DNA of 64,000 bases, taken from the NCBI GenBank assembly GCA_013265495.1, contig MU058233.1, positions 719,038-783,037 on the forward strand, read 5' to 3'. Below, piece after piece: positions 26,718-38,993 of the stretch. The DNA is from Vicugna vicugna. Taxonomy: Eukaryota. Under the pieces are notes generated by a model, which did no database searches, was not told the origin of the DNA, and was given only the letters and a program-made list of their open reading frames with translations. The translations under genes and the position numbers were made by a program. Positions within the stretch are counted from its first letter, which is position 1. Each line of letters begins with the position of its first letter.

Positions 26718-26868
26718 TTGTAGTAACCTATGGTGAAGTAGAATATAGAAATGAACATATGTATGTTCACGTATGACTGAAGCACTGTTTTGTGTACCAG
26801 AAATTGATACAACACTGTAAACTGACTATACTTCAATAAAAATATCTACGTACAAGAAAAGAAAAAAA
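26718..26868 (+). mobile_element. Short L1 3' end
   Basis: ...CCAGAAATTGATACAACACTGTAAACTGACTATACTTCAATAAAA. Confidence 0.78.
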
Positions 26869-27457
26869 ATACGGCCTCAACACAAAATTCACACCCCTGG
26901 ACTTCTGAGTCAGGAAACATCAATGTTCTACAGCGGATTAAACATGCTCTCCTAGGACTGCGTCCTCTCAGCCGGGTGGACTGGTGCTTTTCCGCAATGA
27001 TATCCTGACAGGTGATGAGTGTCACAACTTATGCCACAGGACCATGGTCACTAGAGAAGCTACAGAGTAAGCGTGTGGACATGGGGTTCGTCCTTGCAGG
27101 TGAACCACGGCACTCGACGAGGGCCCAGCAACCCTCTCCCAGTAGGTGAAACCAAAGCATTACGCTGTACACCTTGATCTTACGGGGCTGCGTGTCAGTT
27201 CTGTATTAATAAACTGGAAAAAATGCAGATCAGCAGCAAAAAAAAAAGCATAGATGTTTCACATATATCTAAAAATAGGCCATCACGGGAGGCAGGGCAG
27301 TGAGGAAGCCTCATCATGGTCACCTGAGTGAACGGCGTCCTCAGCGCAAAGGCAGGCGACGCCACCACCTGGTCACATGTTGGTGGAGCCCAGGTTCCAG
27401 GTGGCAGTGGGACCCGTGCCCCCCGCCCTGCTCCTGCTCCCCTCCTGCGAGGCTCAC

Positions 27458-27775
27458 CTAACGTCCGAGGACTCACTGTCCACGTCTGACAGCTCCAGCA
27501 GGTCCTCGGAGCTGCCCTCCTCGTCCGAGAAGGCCCTCCGGACTTTGGGCTGCAGCATGTCCTGAGTGATCCTGTTCCTGGCGGCCATGCTGCGCATGTC
27601 CTCCTCGCTGCGGCCCTTGTCCGGGTGCTGCAGCAGGTAGGCCTCCACCAGGTTGTTGAGGATGTGGTTTTTGCAGATGCGCTCGACTGGACAGCGGCAG
27701 GTGGGGCACAGGGCAGAGCGCTCCATCCAGCCGGAGTAGCAGGCTGCGCAGAAGGTGTGCATGCAGGGCTGCAGG
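27458..27775 (-). CDS. CHFR: CHFR single 318-nt exon (second half of the RING domain through the acidic Ser-rich tract; equals human exons 9+10)
   Basis: LQPCMHTFCAACYSGWMERSALCPTCRCPVERICKNHILNNLVEAYLLQHPDKGRSEED...SDVDSESSDV, uninterrupted; acceptor gtgcccag, donor gtgagc. Confidence 0.96.
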
Positions 27776-28375
27776 CTGGGGCACAAGGACAGGCCTTCAG
27801 ACACCCTGCGGGGCATGCAGGCTAGAGCGTCCGCAGTGCACCAGACGCTAGGGCCCCAGGGACATGGTTGGCCTGGCATGAGAAGCAGGGTCCTGGGTCA
27901 CACTGCCTCTCTCCACAGAGGAGGATGAGGCCTTGCTCCAGCTGAGGTTTGCTTCCAAAACAATCAGACAACTGCCCACCCCCTGCACCCCTCTGACTCA
28001 GCTGGGCCCCCAGCCTGTGTTTCTCAGGCGCTGCACCCACACCAGGTGCGGGGCTTGCTGCTGCGGGGCCTGCATCCTCCACTAAGACAGGGGGATGCTG
28101 TCTGCTCCCACCACCCACCTGTGAAACAGTCCCTGTGCAAAAAGCTCAACTCTGTGCTCGCCAGCTACAAGGAACTAGAGGCCACGTGGCAGCCTGTTCC
28201 AGGAGGGACAGGGAGCAGGTGCAACCAGGAAGGCGCAGGGTGGAGACACTGGGTGGGGAGAAGACCTGCATTTAAGCCGAAATTTGGACAGACTCTTAAG
28301 CTCCCATGGAGGAGCATGGAGGGGGTTTGGGGACACTGGCCGCAAGGAACCACTGCAGGCCCCGTGGCCCCATAC

Positions 28376-28532
28376 CTCACACAGTCGTGCAGCAGGTCCT
28401 GGCAGATGATGCAGGTGAGTGTCTCCTCCATCTTGTCTGGCTTCACGGCTGCAGCTCTGACCTCAAGGCTGGCCTGGGTGTCTCTACCCTGGTCTGCGAC
28501 CCCTGTTGGCAGGTCCAGGTTGGGATCCCCAT
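28376..28532 (-). CDS. CHFR: CHFR exon 8 (start of RING domain)
   Basis: DGDPNLDLPTGVADQGRDTQASLEVRAAAVKPDKMEETLTCIICQDLLHDCV; donor gtatgg; alternative acceptor would start at 28538. Confidence 0.92.
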
Positions 28533-28667
28533 CTGCATCTGCGAGGGAAAAAACCTGTTCTGCCCCTCACGACCGAGGAGGCAACAGATGCTCGGTCTCT
28601 TTGTTTGACAAACGTCTTACCCTGGACTGAAGACAAGACCTCACTGTAACCTACAGGGCATCTTTGC

Positions 28668-28825
28668 TGGGGAGGCTGTAGCTCAGGGTAGAGCACATGC
28701 TTAGCATGCATGAAGCCCTGGGTTCAATCCCCAGCACCTCCTCCAAGAATAAATAAATAAACCTAATTACCTCCCCTGCAAAAAACAAAAATAACAAACA
28801 AAAACCAAAGAAACAAACAAACAAA
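28668..28825 (+). mobile_element. tRNA-derived SINE (Vic-1-like)
   Basis: A/B boxes, CCTAATTACCTCCCC, A-rich tail. Confidence 0.87.
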
Positions 28826-29044
28826 AGAATGCAGTTTCCAGCCTAAGAGAATACCTGGCAGTAAACACAGTTCAATCCAGAGGCACAAAAATTGGGAAAG
28901 GAAAAGGTCCAGGCCGCCATTTGGAAGATGCTGAGGTACCACAATTATCAGCCTAAGACAGTGCCCTCTGGTTTCGGCAGATGTGATGGTGAGACCCTGA
29001 GGCACTCGCAAGCCAGGAAGGAGACACGGAACCATGAGACTGAC

Positions 29045-29212
29045 CTCCTTTCATTCTCTTCCTAACAGGCCCCAAGTCCTCCTGATCCTGGGGTTCCGAC
29101 TGAGAAAAGGATGCTCCCTCTCTGCCTGGGAGAGCCAAAGGGAAGCTGGTGATGTCGTCACTTGCCATGGATGGACCACACCCTTTTGGGGAAACGCCTG
29201 CACCTCTGAAGC
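29045..29212 (-). CDS. CHFR: CHFR exon 7
   Basis: FRGAGVSPKGCGPSMASDDITSFPLALP...EPQDQEDLGPVRKRMKG; 168 nt, ag/gt. Confidence 0.93.
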
Positions 29213-29568
29213 CTGGGAGAGGGACAAACAAGAGGAATTCTGATTCACCCACCTCAGAAAGAGAGGGCACAGGAGTCAAAAGCATCGCTGATTCAAACCA
29301 GGTACAGGTAATCCAAGATGCCATTAAAAAAAATGGAAACGTACACTCTATGTGATTCTTACAGTATGTGATTTATAACCCGTAGAAAACACCACAGCAT
29401 GACAGTCCCTGACCTGCAGCCATTCTTCTGGGGATGGAACATGACGACAGGTACTGCTACCGAAGTCCTACCACCAACGGCCTGATGCACCTTGACTTCC
29501 GCAGGGCTCGCCTGTCTCTAGGACAACACTGGTCAGGCTGACGGAGTAAAAAGCAGGCAGCTACTCAC

Positions 29569-29778
29569 CAGGGCTGCAGGGAGGCACTCTCCCTGCAGAG
29601 CTGGGCTCTATGGAAGAGGTAGAGGCCGCAGGGAAGAGGTCTGACGTCGACGTCGATGGCTGTGGTTCCTCAAAGCACACCTGAGTGGCGGGCGCCGAGG
29701 GCAGGGCCCCAGGGTTGTCGCCTCGCCCTGTACCTGAGGTATCTTTGGTCGTGTGGAGCACATTTTCTTTGTTAGCTT
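29569..29778 (-). CDS. CHFR: CHFR exon 6
   Basis: EANKENVLHTTKDTSG...ATQVCFEEPQPSTSTSDLFP...; 210 nt, ag/gt. Confidence 0.93.
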
Positions 29779-29911
29779 CTGTAAGCACAAAGGGGCAGGA
29801 GCGGAATGCACTCAGGGCGCAGGTGAGGGATGTTGCTTCAGGGAGACGCTTGGCAGATGGAGGAGTTAACAGCCCTCAACACACACCCTCACCTTTGCTA
29901 GTCTCACTCAC

Positions 29912-29971
29912 CGAAGGAGTCCTGTGTTACGCCTTGCTTTTCATTAAAAGATTCGTAGAGGTATGCCACAT
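29912..29971 (-). CDS. CHFR: CHFR exon 5
   Basis: VAYLYESFNEKQGVTQDSF; 60 nt, acceptor ccttag, donor gtgagt. Confidence 0.93.
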
Positions 29972-30862
29972 CTAAGGGAAATAAACCAGATCAGAGCAGC
30001 GTCAGCCACGCACCAGGCGGACTCATTGTTCTGTTCCCTCCGGTCACCTCGCTGTCACTTGGTCCTTGTTGACTGTTTCGACTCATCAGCTGGTCACAGT
30101 GTTCTCCAGCTTGAGGGATTTGAAAGCACGTGACCCAAGCCATCTCAATTTAAAATAAATAAGCTTCTGGAAAAACCTCTGGAGTTAGGAGGCAGACAAG
30201 GGAAGCAAAGCGATGAGGAGGTGCTGATTCTCTGCCTTGCTTATCATTTCAAAGCACCGGAAGGAGCAGACACGAGGTCCTTCCATGTGGCTGGGGGCTG
30301 GCTTGGATTATGCTGAGGACAACCTGGGGAACACGTGTCCCTCCTTCCCTTTTCTGGGGTGACCTTCGAAGGACTTCCCTAACTCTCCCTGTCCGGTATC
30401 ATCCTTTTTCCACAGACTCGGATGCTCAGAGCTGGAAAAGCCTGAATGGAATCCAGTCTAGCCTTTGGGGTCTCCTGGAAAGTCTCCCAAAGTGGGGCCA
30501 TTGGTGGCCTTGGGCCCCCCATGCTAGGCCTTCTTCTCCACAACTCGGATGTCTTCTAAGTAACGCACCCATCCCCGTTCACTTCTCCTTGGCTACCACT
30601 GCGAGATTCCTGGCTCACAACCATAATGGTATTTTTGAAGAATGGCTAGGGCTCAGACAGCAAGGCCAACACCCCCACTCTTCAACAGACACCACTCACA
30701 CCAAGAATTTATATGACCAAAAAGGGAATGTAGCCACCACAGACATTCCTTCAGAAAACATCTGCCTCAACAGACTCTTCCCCGCAATCATTCCTGGCAG
30801 GACCAGGGCCACCCTGCTCTACACCGCCCAGGTGCCCATCCCAGAAAGCCTCTGCCTCTTAC

Positions 30863-30972
30863 TGTGCTCTGGTTCATTCTTCCTGTACACCAAGTAGATG
30901 ACGTCCCCAGTCTGTAAAGGGCAGGTCTGCTTCTTTACAACCTTCAGCTTGTTAATTACTGTTCCATTGGTG
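30863..30972 (-). CDS. CHFR: CHFR exon 4 (FHA domain)
   Basis: TNGTVINKLKVVKKQTCPLQTGDVIYLVYRKNEPEH; 110 nt, ag/gt. Confidence 0.95.
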
Positions 30973-31859
30973 CTGTAGATGACAAAAATCCAATTTATCC
31001 TACTTAAAGTAACGTGGAGTTAAAAATGTCCTTTTCGACAACCACCGGGAAAGCAGTTCAGTATGACCACGCTGAGAATGAGGCAGTCCTCAGGGGGATG
31101 GTGTGAATATTTAATGAGGCACATATCCAAGTGCCACCTTCCAACTCTCTGGAGAAAAAGCTTGCCTGGTGCCTCCGCACTCAAGGCCAAACGGTCTTGT
31201 CAAGGGTTTTAAAATGTTTGTTGCTCCAGCACCACATTCTTTTCCATCTGCCTCCTGGTTGACCACAGAATTCCACCAGCAGGACTGCGCTTTGCTTTCC
31301 AGACTCTGTTCTGCTTCTGTGTGTGGCTCTGGTCCAGAGAGCTACCCTCCCTCCAGCAGCCACAACCCAGCTCCGCTCAGTCTTCAGATGAGGACTGACC
31401 CCTCCTGGGAGGCAGGGTCTGGGCAGAAGCAAACGAATGCAGGGCTGGCAGCTGGTCCCTGAGGCTGGGCGGTCACTCAGGCTAAGCAGGGACCCGCTGC
31501 TGGCTGGGAGGGGCACGGGGCACTGCAGGGAATGACAGGAAGTGCTTCTCCAGAGTGGAGACCTGACAGACGGTCAGGAGTGGTCCAAACCACACCGCAG
31601 GCAAGTACAATAGCACACTGGACAAAAGCAAAACTCGGCGGCTGAGCAGACCACCCCGACTGCAGGCATTCGATCCACCAGCGCCTTAACACTATTCTCA
31701 AGTTCCTTCTAACCCAAAAATCTGATTTCACTTTTCCGCTTAAATCCCTTCGTGACTTCTCACTGCCTCTCAGGCTTAAGTCCAAACTCTCCAGCGTGGA
31801 CCTTGGGTCTTCCTGCTCATGCCCTTTCCCTGCGGCACCCCCCCACCCCCTGCCACCCC

Positions 31860-32070
31860 TGATCCCGGCCAAGGTAGGCAGCGGCCTCTAGAATCTGGGG
31901 AAGGCAGGGACCCGATTCTCCCCTACAGCCTCCAGAAAGAGCTCCACCCAGAAAGAGCCGACCCCAGGCTTCGGTCCAGCGAGACGTGAGGGCTTGGGAC
32001 GCCCAGCTCCACCAGCTCAGCGATTTGTGTTGTGTCAAGCCAGAGCCTGTGATTTGCCCCAACAGGCAGA
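31860..32070 (+). mobile_element. MaLR LTR fragment (MLT1-like)
   Basis: GATTCTCCCCTACAGCCTCCAGAAAG...TTTGTGTTGTGTCAAGCC. Confidence 0.55.
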
Positions 32071-32593
32071 GGAAGCAAATCCTGTCGTGCAGCCAGTGTG
32101 GGAAGGCCCAGAGCTGATGCAGGCAGACGGCTCTAGAACCAGCGCGGCTACTGCACACGGTGCTGAGAAGTAAAAACAACTCAGAGGACCCCACAGAGGA
32201 GGAGAAGGAGCATCAGTTTATCCCAATAAAACCAACTCCTGGCCTTCCAGCCCTAGAACTGTAGTTACCAAAGACTCTGACAGCACTTGACCTTCCCAAA
32301 AATAAAAGTCATCTTGCAGGAGAGGCACGCTCTCCACATACTGCTGAGGGCACCTGCCTGCCACTTGTACCAGGCTTAAAGCAGGCACATTCAGACACAG
32401 CCGTCCATCCTATAAACTCGGAGAGAGTTTTGGAAGAGAGTCACTGCAGTCAGAAAAAGTCCAAGGAATGAGTTTCCGTCAGTAAAGGACCTGACAAGTA
32501 AGTTATTATATAATAAGGAAAAAGCTGAGGCGGTTCTAGACGTGCTGCTGAGTCAAGCCCTCCAGAAACATTACAAGTAAAAGAAGGTGATGC

Positions 32594-32720
32594 GAGGGGC
32601 GGTATAGCTCAGTGGTAGCGCGCGTGCCTAGTGTGTACAAGGTCTTGGGTTCAATCCCCAGTGCCTCCTCTAAAAACAAACAAATACCTAAGTATGTCCC
32701 CCCCCAAAATAAAAAAAAAA
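32594..32720 (+). mobile_element. tRNA-derived SINE (Vic-1-like)
   Basis: A/B boxes, A tail. Confidence 0.86.
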
Positions 32721-32944
32721 AGGAGATGCAACAACAGTGTGTGTAGTATAACCTCATTACTACAGAATAAACACCTATGTATTCTTAATGGGTGAGTGGA
32801 AGTTTGGAAAGCTTTTCACATTTATGTGCTACTTACACTGTATGACAATAATAATAAAAAGACGCTTTGGTTTGGAGGAGTCTAACCTGAATAGGTGTGC
32901 AAGAACCCAAAATGTATCACTGCCTTTAAGTCTTATTTCTGAGA

Positions 32945-33160
32945 TTTTTTTTTTGCCTTTTTTTTTTTGGACGGGGGAGGAGTAGGTTTATCTGTCTGTC
33001 TGTCTATCTTTCTATCTATCTATGTATTCATTTAATGGAGGTACCGGGGATTGAACCCAAGGGGAAATTAGGTTTGTTTGCTCATCTATTTATTTATTTA
33101 TTGGAGGTGCTGAGGATTGAACCCAGGGCACGTGCTCTACCACTGAGCTCTACCCTCCCC
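32945..33160 (-). mobile_element. Composite of two partial SINEs (Vic-1-like)
   Basis: Two GGATTGAACCC B-box segments, each with its own TAGGTTT...TATTT tail segment. Confidence 0.8.
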
Positions 33161-33382
33161 TTTAATCTGAATATATTCAAGAAGGGTCACAGACACCAAA
33201 GTGTCACCAAGTAGTCCACTCTGGAAACTGGCAAACATCTCCAACACCCTGAGAAGCTAGTGGACTACTGTGCCACAGAAAGCAGGCCCCTGTCACTCCT
33301 CTGCAGTCACAAGCTGACTGGCTGTAAGCCAGCTTCATGAAGCTACAAAAGGAAACAGAAAAGAAGTTCAGAAAGAGCTTAC

Positions 33383-33482
33383 CTGGTATCTTCCAGTGAC
33401 ACCTGACCAGATTTTTCGTCCACTATAATCTTACAATGGTCTCCAGAGACCAGCTTATTGCCGGGGAATGAAAGGTCACAGC
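33383..33482 (-). CDS. CHFR: CHFR exon 3 (FHA domain)
   Basis: CDLSFPGNKLVSGDHCKIIVDEKSGQVSLEDT; 100 nt, ag/gt. Confidence 0.95.
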
Positions 33483-33584
33483 CTGAAACAGAGGGGGGGA
33501 CATGCCGGATTTGCCTGTGGGTACTGAGCACAGAGTCACCCTTTGCTTAACCAAAGCATGTGACTGGAAGTCAAGACCCACGCT

Positions 33585-33710
33585 GGGGGGAGGGTAGAGC
33601 TCAGTGGTAGAGCGCATGCCTAGCATGCACGAGGTCCTGGGTTCACTCCCCAGTACCTCCATTAAAAAAATAAACCTAATTACTAACCCCTACTCACAAA
33701 AATTAAAAAG
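33585..33710 (+). mobile_element. tRNA-derived SINE (Vic-1-like)
   Basis: A/B boxes, A tail. Confidence 0.86.
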
Positions 33711-33802
33711 ACATATGTTGTACCGACTAAGGAGACAGCACTTAATCAATTACAGAAAAAGTTTTTAAAAAGCATTTAAGTGTTAATCAAAAGTAAAGGA
33801 AC

Positions 33803-33935
33803 GGGGAAGGGTATAGCTCAACGGTAGAATACATGCTTTGCATGCACAAGGTCCTGGGTTCAATCCCCAGCACTTCCATTAAAGATAAACAAATAAAACC
33901 TAATTACTGCCCCTACACCCCCCCACACACACACA
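33803..33935 (+). mobile_element. tRNA-derived SINE (Vic-1-like)
   Basis: A/B boxes, CCTAATTAC. Confidence 0.85.
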
Positions 33936-34804
33936 GAGTAAAAGAACAGGGCCGGGCCTGTATCTGGAACCTTTCTGACTCATTATGCAGAGCATATATC
34001 CCAGCAACACATCAACTTCTTGGTGACATTTTTATCATATGCACACATATGCAGAGAGCCTGATAAATATATAACTTTTAAAAAATAAAGGGGCTTATTA
34101 AATACTTCAGTATCTTACTCCTTAATTTCTTCTGTGTCAGTTAAAGCTTCATAAATCATCACAAAATGGAAGCAACGACAAAGCCACAGAAAATACGACT
34201 GAGTATATTATCGCAAGCACACGCACATGTTTAAGAAAATTTAAAACAGAAGGGGGATGCTAAAATAAAATACAATAGAAAAAGGGAGTGTGCATCTACA
34301 GCGGAATATAATTATATCCTCACTAAATCCAATGGGAAAGTCCTCAAATACTTTGTTCTCTCCTTAAATCAAAAGAACACAAGCTTTCAGGGGAGTTTTG
34401 ATATTGAGTCACTAGTCTGCCTATAACGGGTCTGAACTCTAGGTTTATGTTTAATAACCAAGAGTGGGGAGCAGTGCAGTGCCCATCAACTAACAAACTA
34501 CTGACACACACAGCTGCCAAGGAGCGACACCCGGCACAGACGGTGCCAAGTGTGCGGCTCCTTCAGACGGCAGTCTGGGAGAAGCAGAACTACATGCAGA
34601 GAAGTCAGACTCGTGGGTGCCAGGAGCCAGGGCTGGACTCAAAAGGCCACAAGGCACTTCCTGAGGTGACAGAAATGGTCAACATCTTGACTATAATGCT
34701 GCCTCCATTCCTCAAACTTACTGAACACCTAAAGGGGGTGAATTTTACCATATGTGAACTATGTCTCCCTAAACCATAAATATCAGAACTCATATTTGCG
34801 TATT

Positions 34805-35325
34805 AGCTGAGACATGGAAGCAACCTAAATGTCCATCGACAGATGACTAGATAAAAAAGTTGTGGTATATTTACATGGAATACTACTCAGTCATAAAAAA
34901 GAATAAAATAATTTCATTTGCAGCAACATGGATGGACCTCAAGATTATAAGTGAAGCCAGAAAGAGAAAGAAAAATACCACATATCAGTTATATGTGGAA
35001 TCTAAAGAAAAAAAGACAAATGAACTTATTTACAAAATGAAACAGACTCACAGATACAGAAAACAAGCTTATGGTTACTGGGGGTGAGGGGGTGGGAAGG
35101 GATAAAATGGGAGTTCGAGATTTGCAGATACTAACTACTATGTAAAAATAGATAAACAACAAGTTTACACTGTACGGCACAGGGAACTATACTCAATATC
35201 TTGCAGTAACCTATAATGAAAAAGAATATGAAAACGGATTTATGTGTGTACATGTATGACTAAACTATTAAGCTGCACGCCAGAAATTGACACATTGTAA
35301 ACTGACTATACTTCAATTTTTTTAA
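34805..35325 (+). mobile_element. 5'-truncated L1 with canonical tail
   Basis: TGGAAGCAACCTAAATGTCCATC...ACTGACTATACTTCAA; TSD tcatatttgc. Confidence 0.86.
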
Positions 35326-35991
35326 AAATCATATTTGCATAAACATTCTACATTATGGGAAGTACTTTTTTTTTAACTCCAAGCACAAACTTTATTTCTA
35401 TAACAAAGATGTTAATAGTAAAAGTGGGTGGGGCTCTGATACTTGGTCTTCAGAGCAAGCCATGAGCTTAGGCCTCAGTCCTGATTAGGGCAGAGCCCAG
35501 CACGGTCCCCAAGGGGACAGGGAGCCCTCGGCTTCCTCCATCAGAAGGCAGTGAAGACAAAGGAGCTGTGCTACCCATCAGAAACAGGAGGCAGAGATGC
35601 CAAATGCCAAGGCGAGTTTCACCTGTGCCATTCATCGAGATCGTCCCTATGGCACTGAGCAAAACCACCAGGATAGTCTCCTTGTAATCTCAGACCCAGG
35701 CGAGTCACTGTGTCACCAGAGTGGCTTCTCCACACCAGAACACCAGCGTTCCAATTTAGAACCGAAATACAGTGCACTCAAGTTCTATTCTTGCCATTTG
35801 CCCTGCCTGGCATTCAGCTGGTTTATCTCTCCATGGTTGGTACACATTTCTGTCACTCCGAGAATGGGGAGCTCTTTGGAAAGGCAAGGTCCTCCTCGCC
35901 TTCCCATACATATCACCTCACCTCTCCCTTTCTGTCAGAATAATGCCTTATAAATAGCAGGCCTGTAACAGTTTTAAAATAAATATAATCA

Positions 35992-36125
35992 GGGGAGAGG
36001 GTACAGCTCAGTGGTAGAATACATGCTCAGCATGTATAAGGTCCTGGGTTCAACTTCCATTAAATAATAAATAAGCCTAATTACCTCCCCCCTAACAAAA
36101 CTTAAAAAAATAAAACAGAAAAATA
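35992..36125 (+). mobile_element. tRNA-derived SINE (Vic-1-like)
   Basis: A/B boxes; TSD aaataaa(t/c)ataatca. Confidence 0.85.
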
Positions 36126-36144
36126 AAATAAACATAATCACGTT

Positions 36145-37605
36145 CTACAACTTGGGTCCCCCTCCAAAATTCATACACTGAGACCCTATCCCCCTGCTGT
36201 GTGACTATATTTAGAGAGGGCCTGTGAGGTGACAAAAGTTACATACATCATCAGGGTGGGGCCTTCATTGACAGGGTCGGGGCATTTACGAGGAGAGACA
36301 CCAAAGCGCTCTGTCCAGCATGGAGGACACAGCAAGAACGCAGCTGTCTGCAAACCAGGAAGAGGACTCTCACCAGGAAACAAACTGACTGGCACCTTGA
36401 CCTTGGACTTCCTAGACTCCAGAACTGTGAGAAATGAATTTCTGTGGTTTAAATCAAACTATAATACCTCATATCAGTGTCGGAGAGGGTGTGGAGAAAA
36501 GGGAACCCTCCTACGCTGCTGGTGGGAATGTAAATTGGTGCAGCCACTATGGAGGACGGTACGGAGGTTCCTTAAAAAACTAAAACTAGAAGAGGGGAGG
36601 GTATAGCTCAGCGGTAGAGCACCCAGTATCTCCATATAAGTAAATAAACCTAATTACCTCCCCCTACCACCAAAAAAAAAAAGTAAAGTGAAAAAGGATC
36701 ATCTCAGTCCCTTTAAAATAAAATTAAAAAAATTTTTAATTAAAATAAAATTATAAAAAGTAAAAACAGAGTTACCATATGACCCAGCAGTCCCAATCCT
36801 GAACATATATCCAGAGAAAACCCTAACTCGAAAAAATACAGGCACGAAAAAATACAATGTTCATAGCAGCACTACCTACAATAGCCAAGCATGGGAGCCA
36901 CCTAAATGTCCACTGACAGATGAATGGATAAATAAGTTGTGGTATATTTATATGTATATGTACACATATACATATACATACACACACGTATACACATACA
37001 CATACAGAAACACACAATGAAATATTACCCAGCCATAAAAAAGGATGAAATAATGCCATCTGCAGCAACATGGATGGAACTAGAGATTGTCATACTAAGT
37101 AAGTCAGTCAGAGAAAGATAAATATACGATATCACTTAGATGCAGAATCTAAAAAATGATACAAATGAATTTATTTACAAAATAGAAATAGACTCACAAA
37201 CATAGGAAAGAATCTTATGGTTATCAAAGAGGAAAGGAAGGGGGAGAGATAAATTAGGAGTCTGTGATTAGCAGATACAAACTCCTATATATAAAATAAT
37301 AAAACATTATGCTATACACAGAAATTTAACACAACATTGTAAACTGCCTATACATCAATAAAAAATAGAGGAAACAAGTTCCCACTGGATAGCACAGGGA
37401 ATTGCATTCAATATCTTGTAATAACCTATAATGGAAAAGAAAATGAAAAATAATATACCTATGTATAATCGAATGACTATGCTGTACACCTGAAACTGAC
37501 ACAATATTGTAAATCCACTATACTTCAATAAAAAATTAAAAATTTCTGTGGTTTAAGCTTCCCAATCTGTGGTATTTTGCTATGGCAGCCTGGGGTGACT
37601 AATAC
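36145..37605 (+). mobile_element. MLT1-like LTR split by an L1 (~36453-37540) that itself contains a SINE (~36594-36755)
   Basis: 16-bp TSD aatttctgtggtttaa at 36437-36452 and 37541-37556. Confidence 0.82.
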
Positions 37606-38993
37606 AACAATTTTTATGTTTTGCTGGAAAAGCTAATACATTCAAGGAAAGGACATCTATTAAGAATGAACTCAACACATTTTTGCTGCTTGTATTAACA
37701 TGCAAAATGATACTACAGTACTGTGTTATAATAACAATGGTTAATATTAAGTGCTAACTCAGCCAGGCTCCAAGCACTTCACTTACGATCTCATTTAACT
37801 TTCACAGGAATCCTACAAAGTAGGTACAAAGGCACAGAAAGGCAAGTTGTTAGCCCACAGCAAGTTACGTGGTGGTGGTGGTGTATGGAAACCCGAGATT
37901 TGTTTCCAGGGCTTCAGGGTTTCCCGGCTTCCGCTCTTTCACTAAACTTCCTTTTCCATCAATTAAAGACAATTAATGCATCTCCAAAGTTTCTAATGAT
38001 ACGTAAATACTTTTAAAGTTGTAAACAAAAATTTAACTTGATACTGGGATTTAAGACTGCCTCCCCCAAAACCCCAACAGAAAAACAGGTACAAGTAGGT
38101 AAAATGAAACCAAAAAGCTTTGCTTTTAAACAGTATCTTTCTCATCTTCTCTTGTTTAAAGTATAAAGTCAGAGTGACTATTAATCTGTAGGCAAACTGA
38201 GTATTTTTGTTGGCCTGATCACCACTGCACTTCGCTCCGGCGGGAATGCTACTAGGGAGGTTAAGTTACCAGACTGTCGCTTAGGAATTTAGAGGCAGTT
38301 ATCCTGGAGGGTAAGGGCGCTTTCTCTCACTAGCTGCATGACTTTCTTCAAGTCCTTAGCTTTCCAGGTTCATTAAATCAACAGATATTTGAGCAGCTCT
38401 CTTCTAAGAGCTGGGACTGAGATATTTTTCTAATGTAGCTGCCTACAGCTATAAATTTCCCTCTGAGCACTGCTTGCCCGCACCCCTTAAGTTCTGGTGT
38501 ACCACAATTTCATTTATCTCAAGGTATTTTCTAATTTCCCTTGTGATTTCTTCTCTGACCCACTGGTTGTTGAAGAGTGTTAGTTAATTTCCACGTATCT
38601 GCGAATTTTCCAGTGTTCCTTTTGCTACTGATTTCTAATTTCATTTCATTGAGTTCAGAGAAGATGCTCCGTGTAGTAACCAACTTGAGAAGACTGCATT
38701 CTAGGGGATAAATTAATGCCCCGACTTCCTAAAGCTGCGGTGAGGATTAGATAATCTCCATGAAGAACTCAGAAGTGACTGGGCAGACCAGTAAGTGAAT
38801 AAATGGCAGCTCTTACACGGAAAACTGGAAGCACGGTGCGCCCCGCCCAGTGGCCTCCCACAGCCCGGAGGGCCTGTTTGGCTCAGCTCCGGTCCCCAGG
38901 CCCAGGCCCTCCGCTCACGTCCCCCGCTCCCGGCTCACTTGGTCCCCGTCCCCAGTCAGTCCCGCGTCTCCCATCCCCGCTCGCCGCCCGCAC

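Noticed and set aside
27458..27775. CHFR processed pseudogene as the explanation for the fused exon
   Set aside because: It has proper splice sites, lies in order between exons 8 and 11, has no poly(A) or TSD, and there is no other copy of these exons in the gene.
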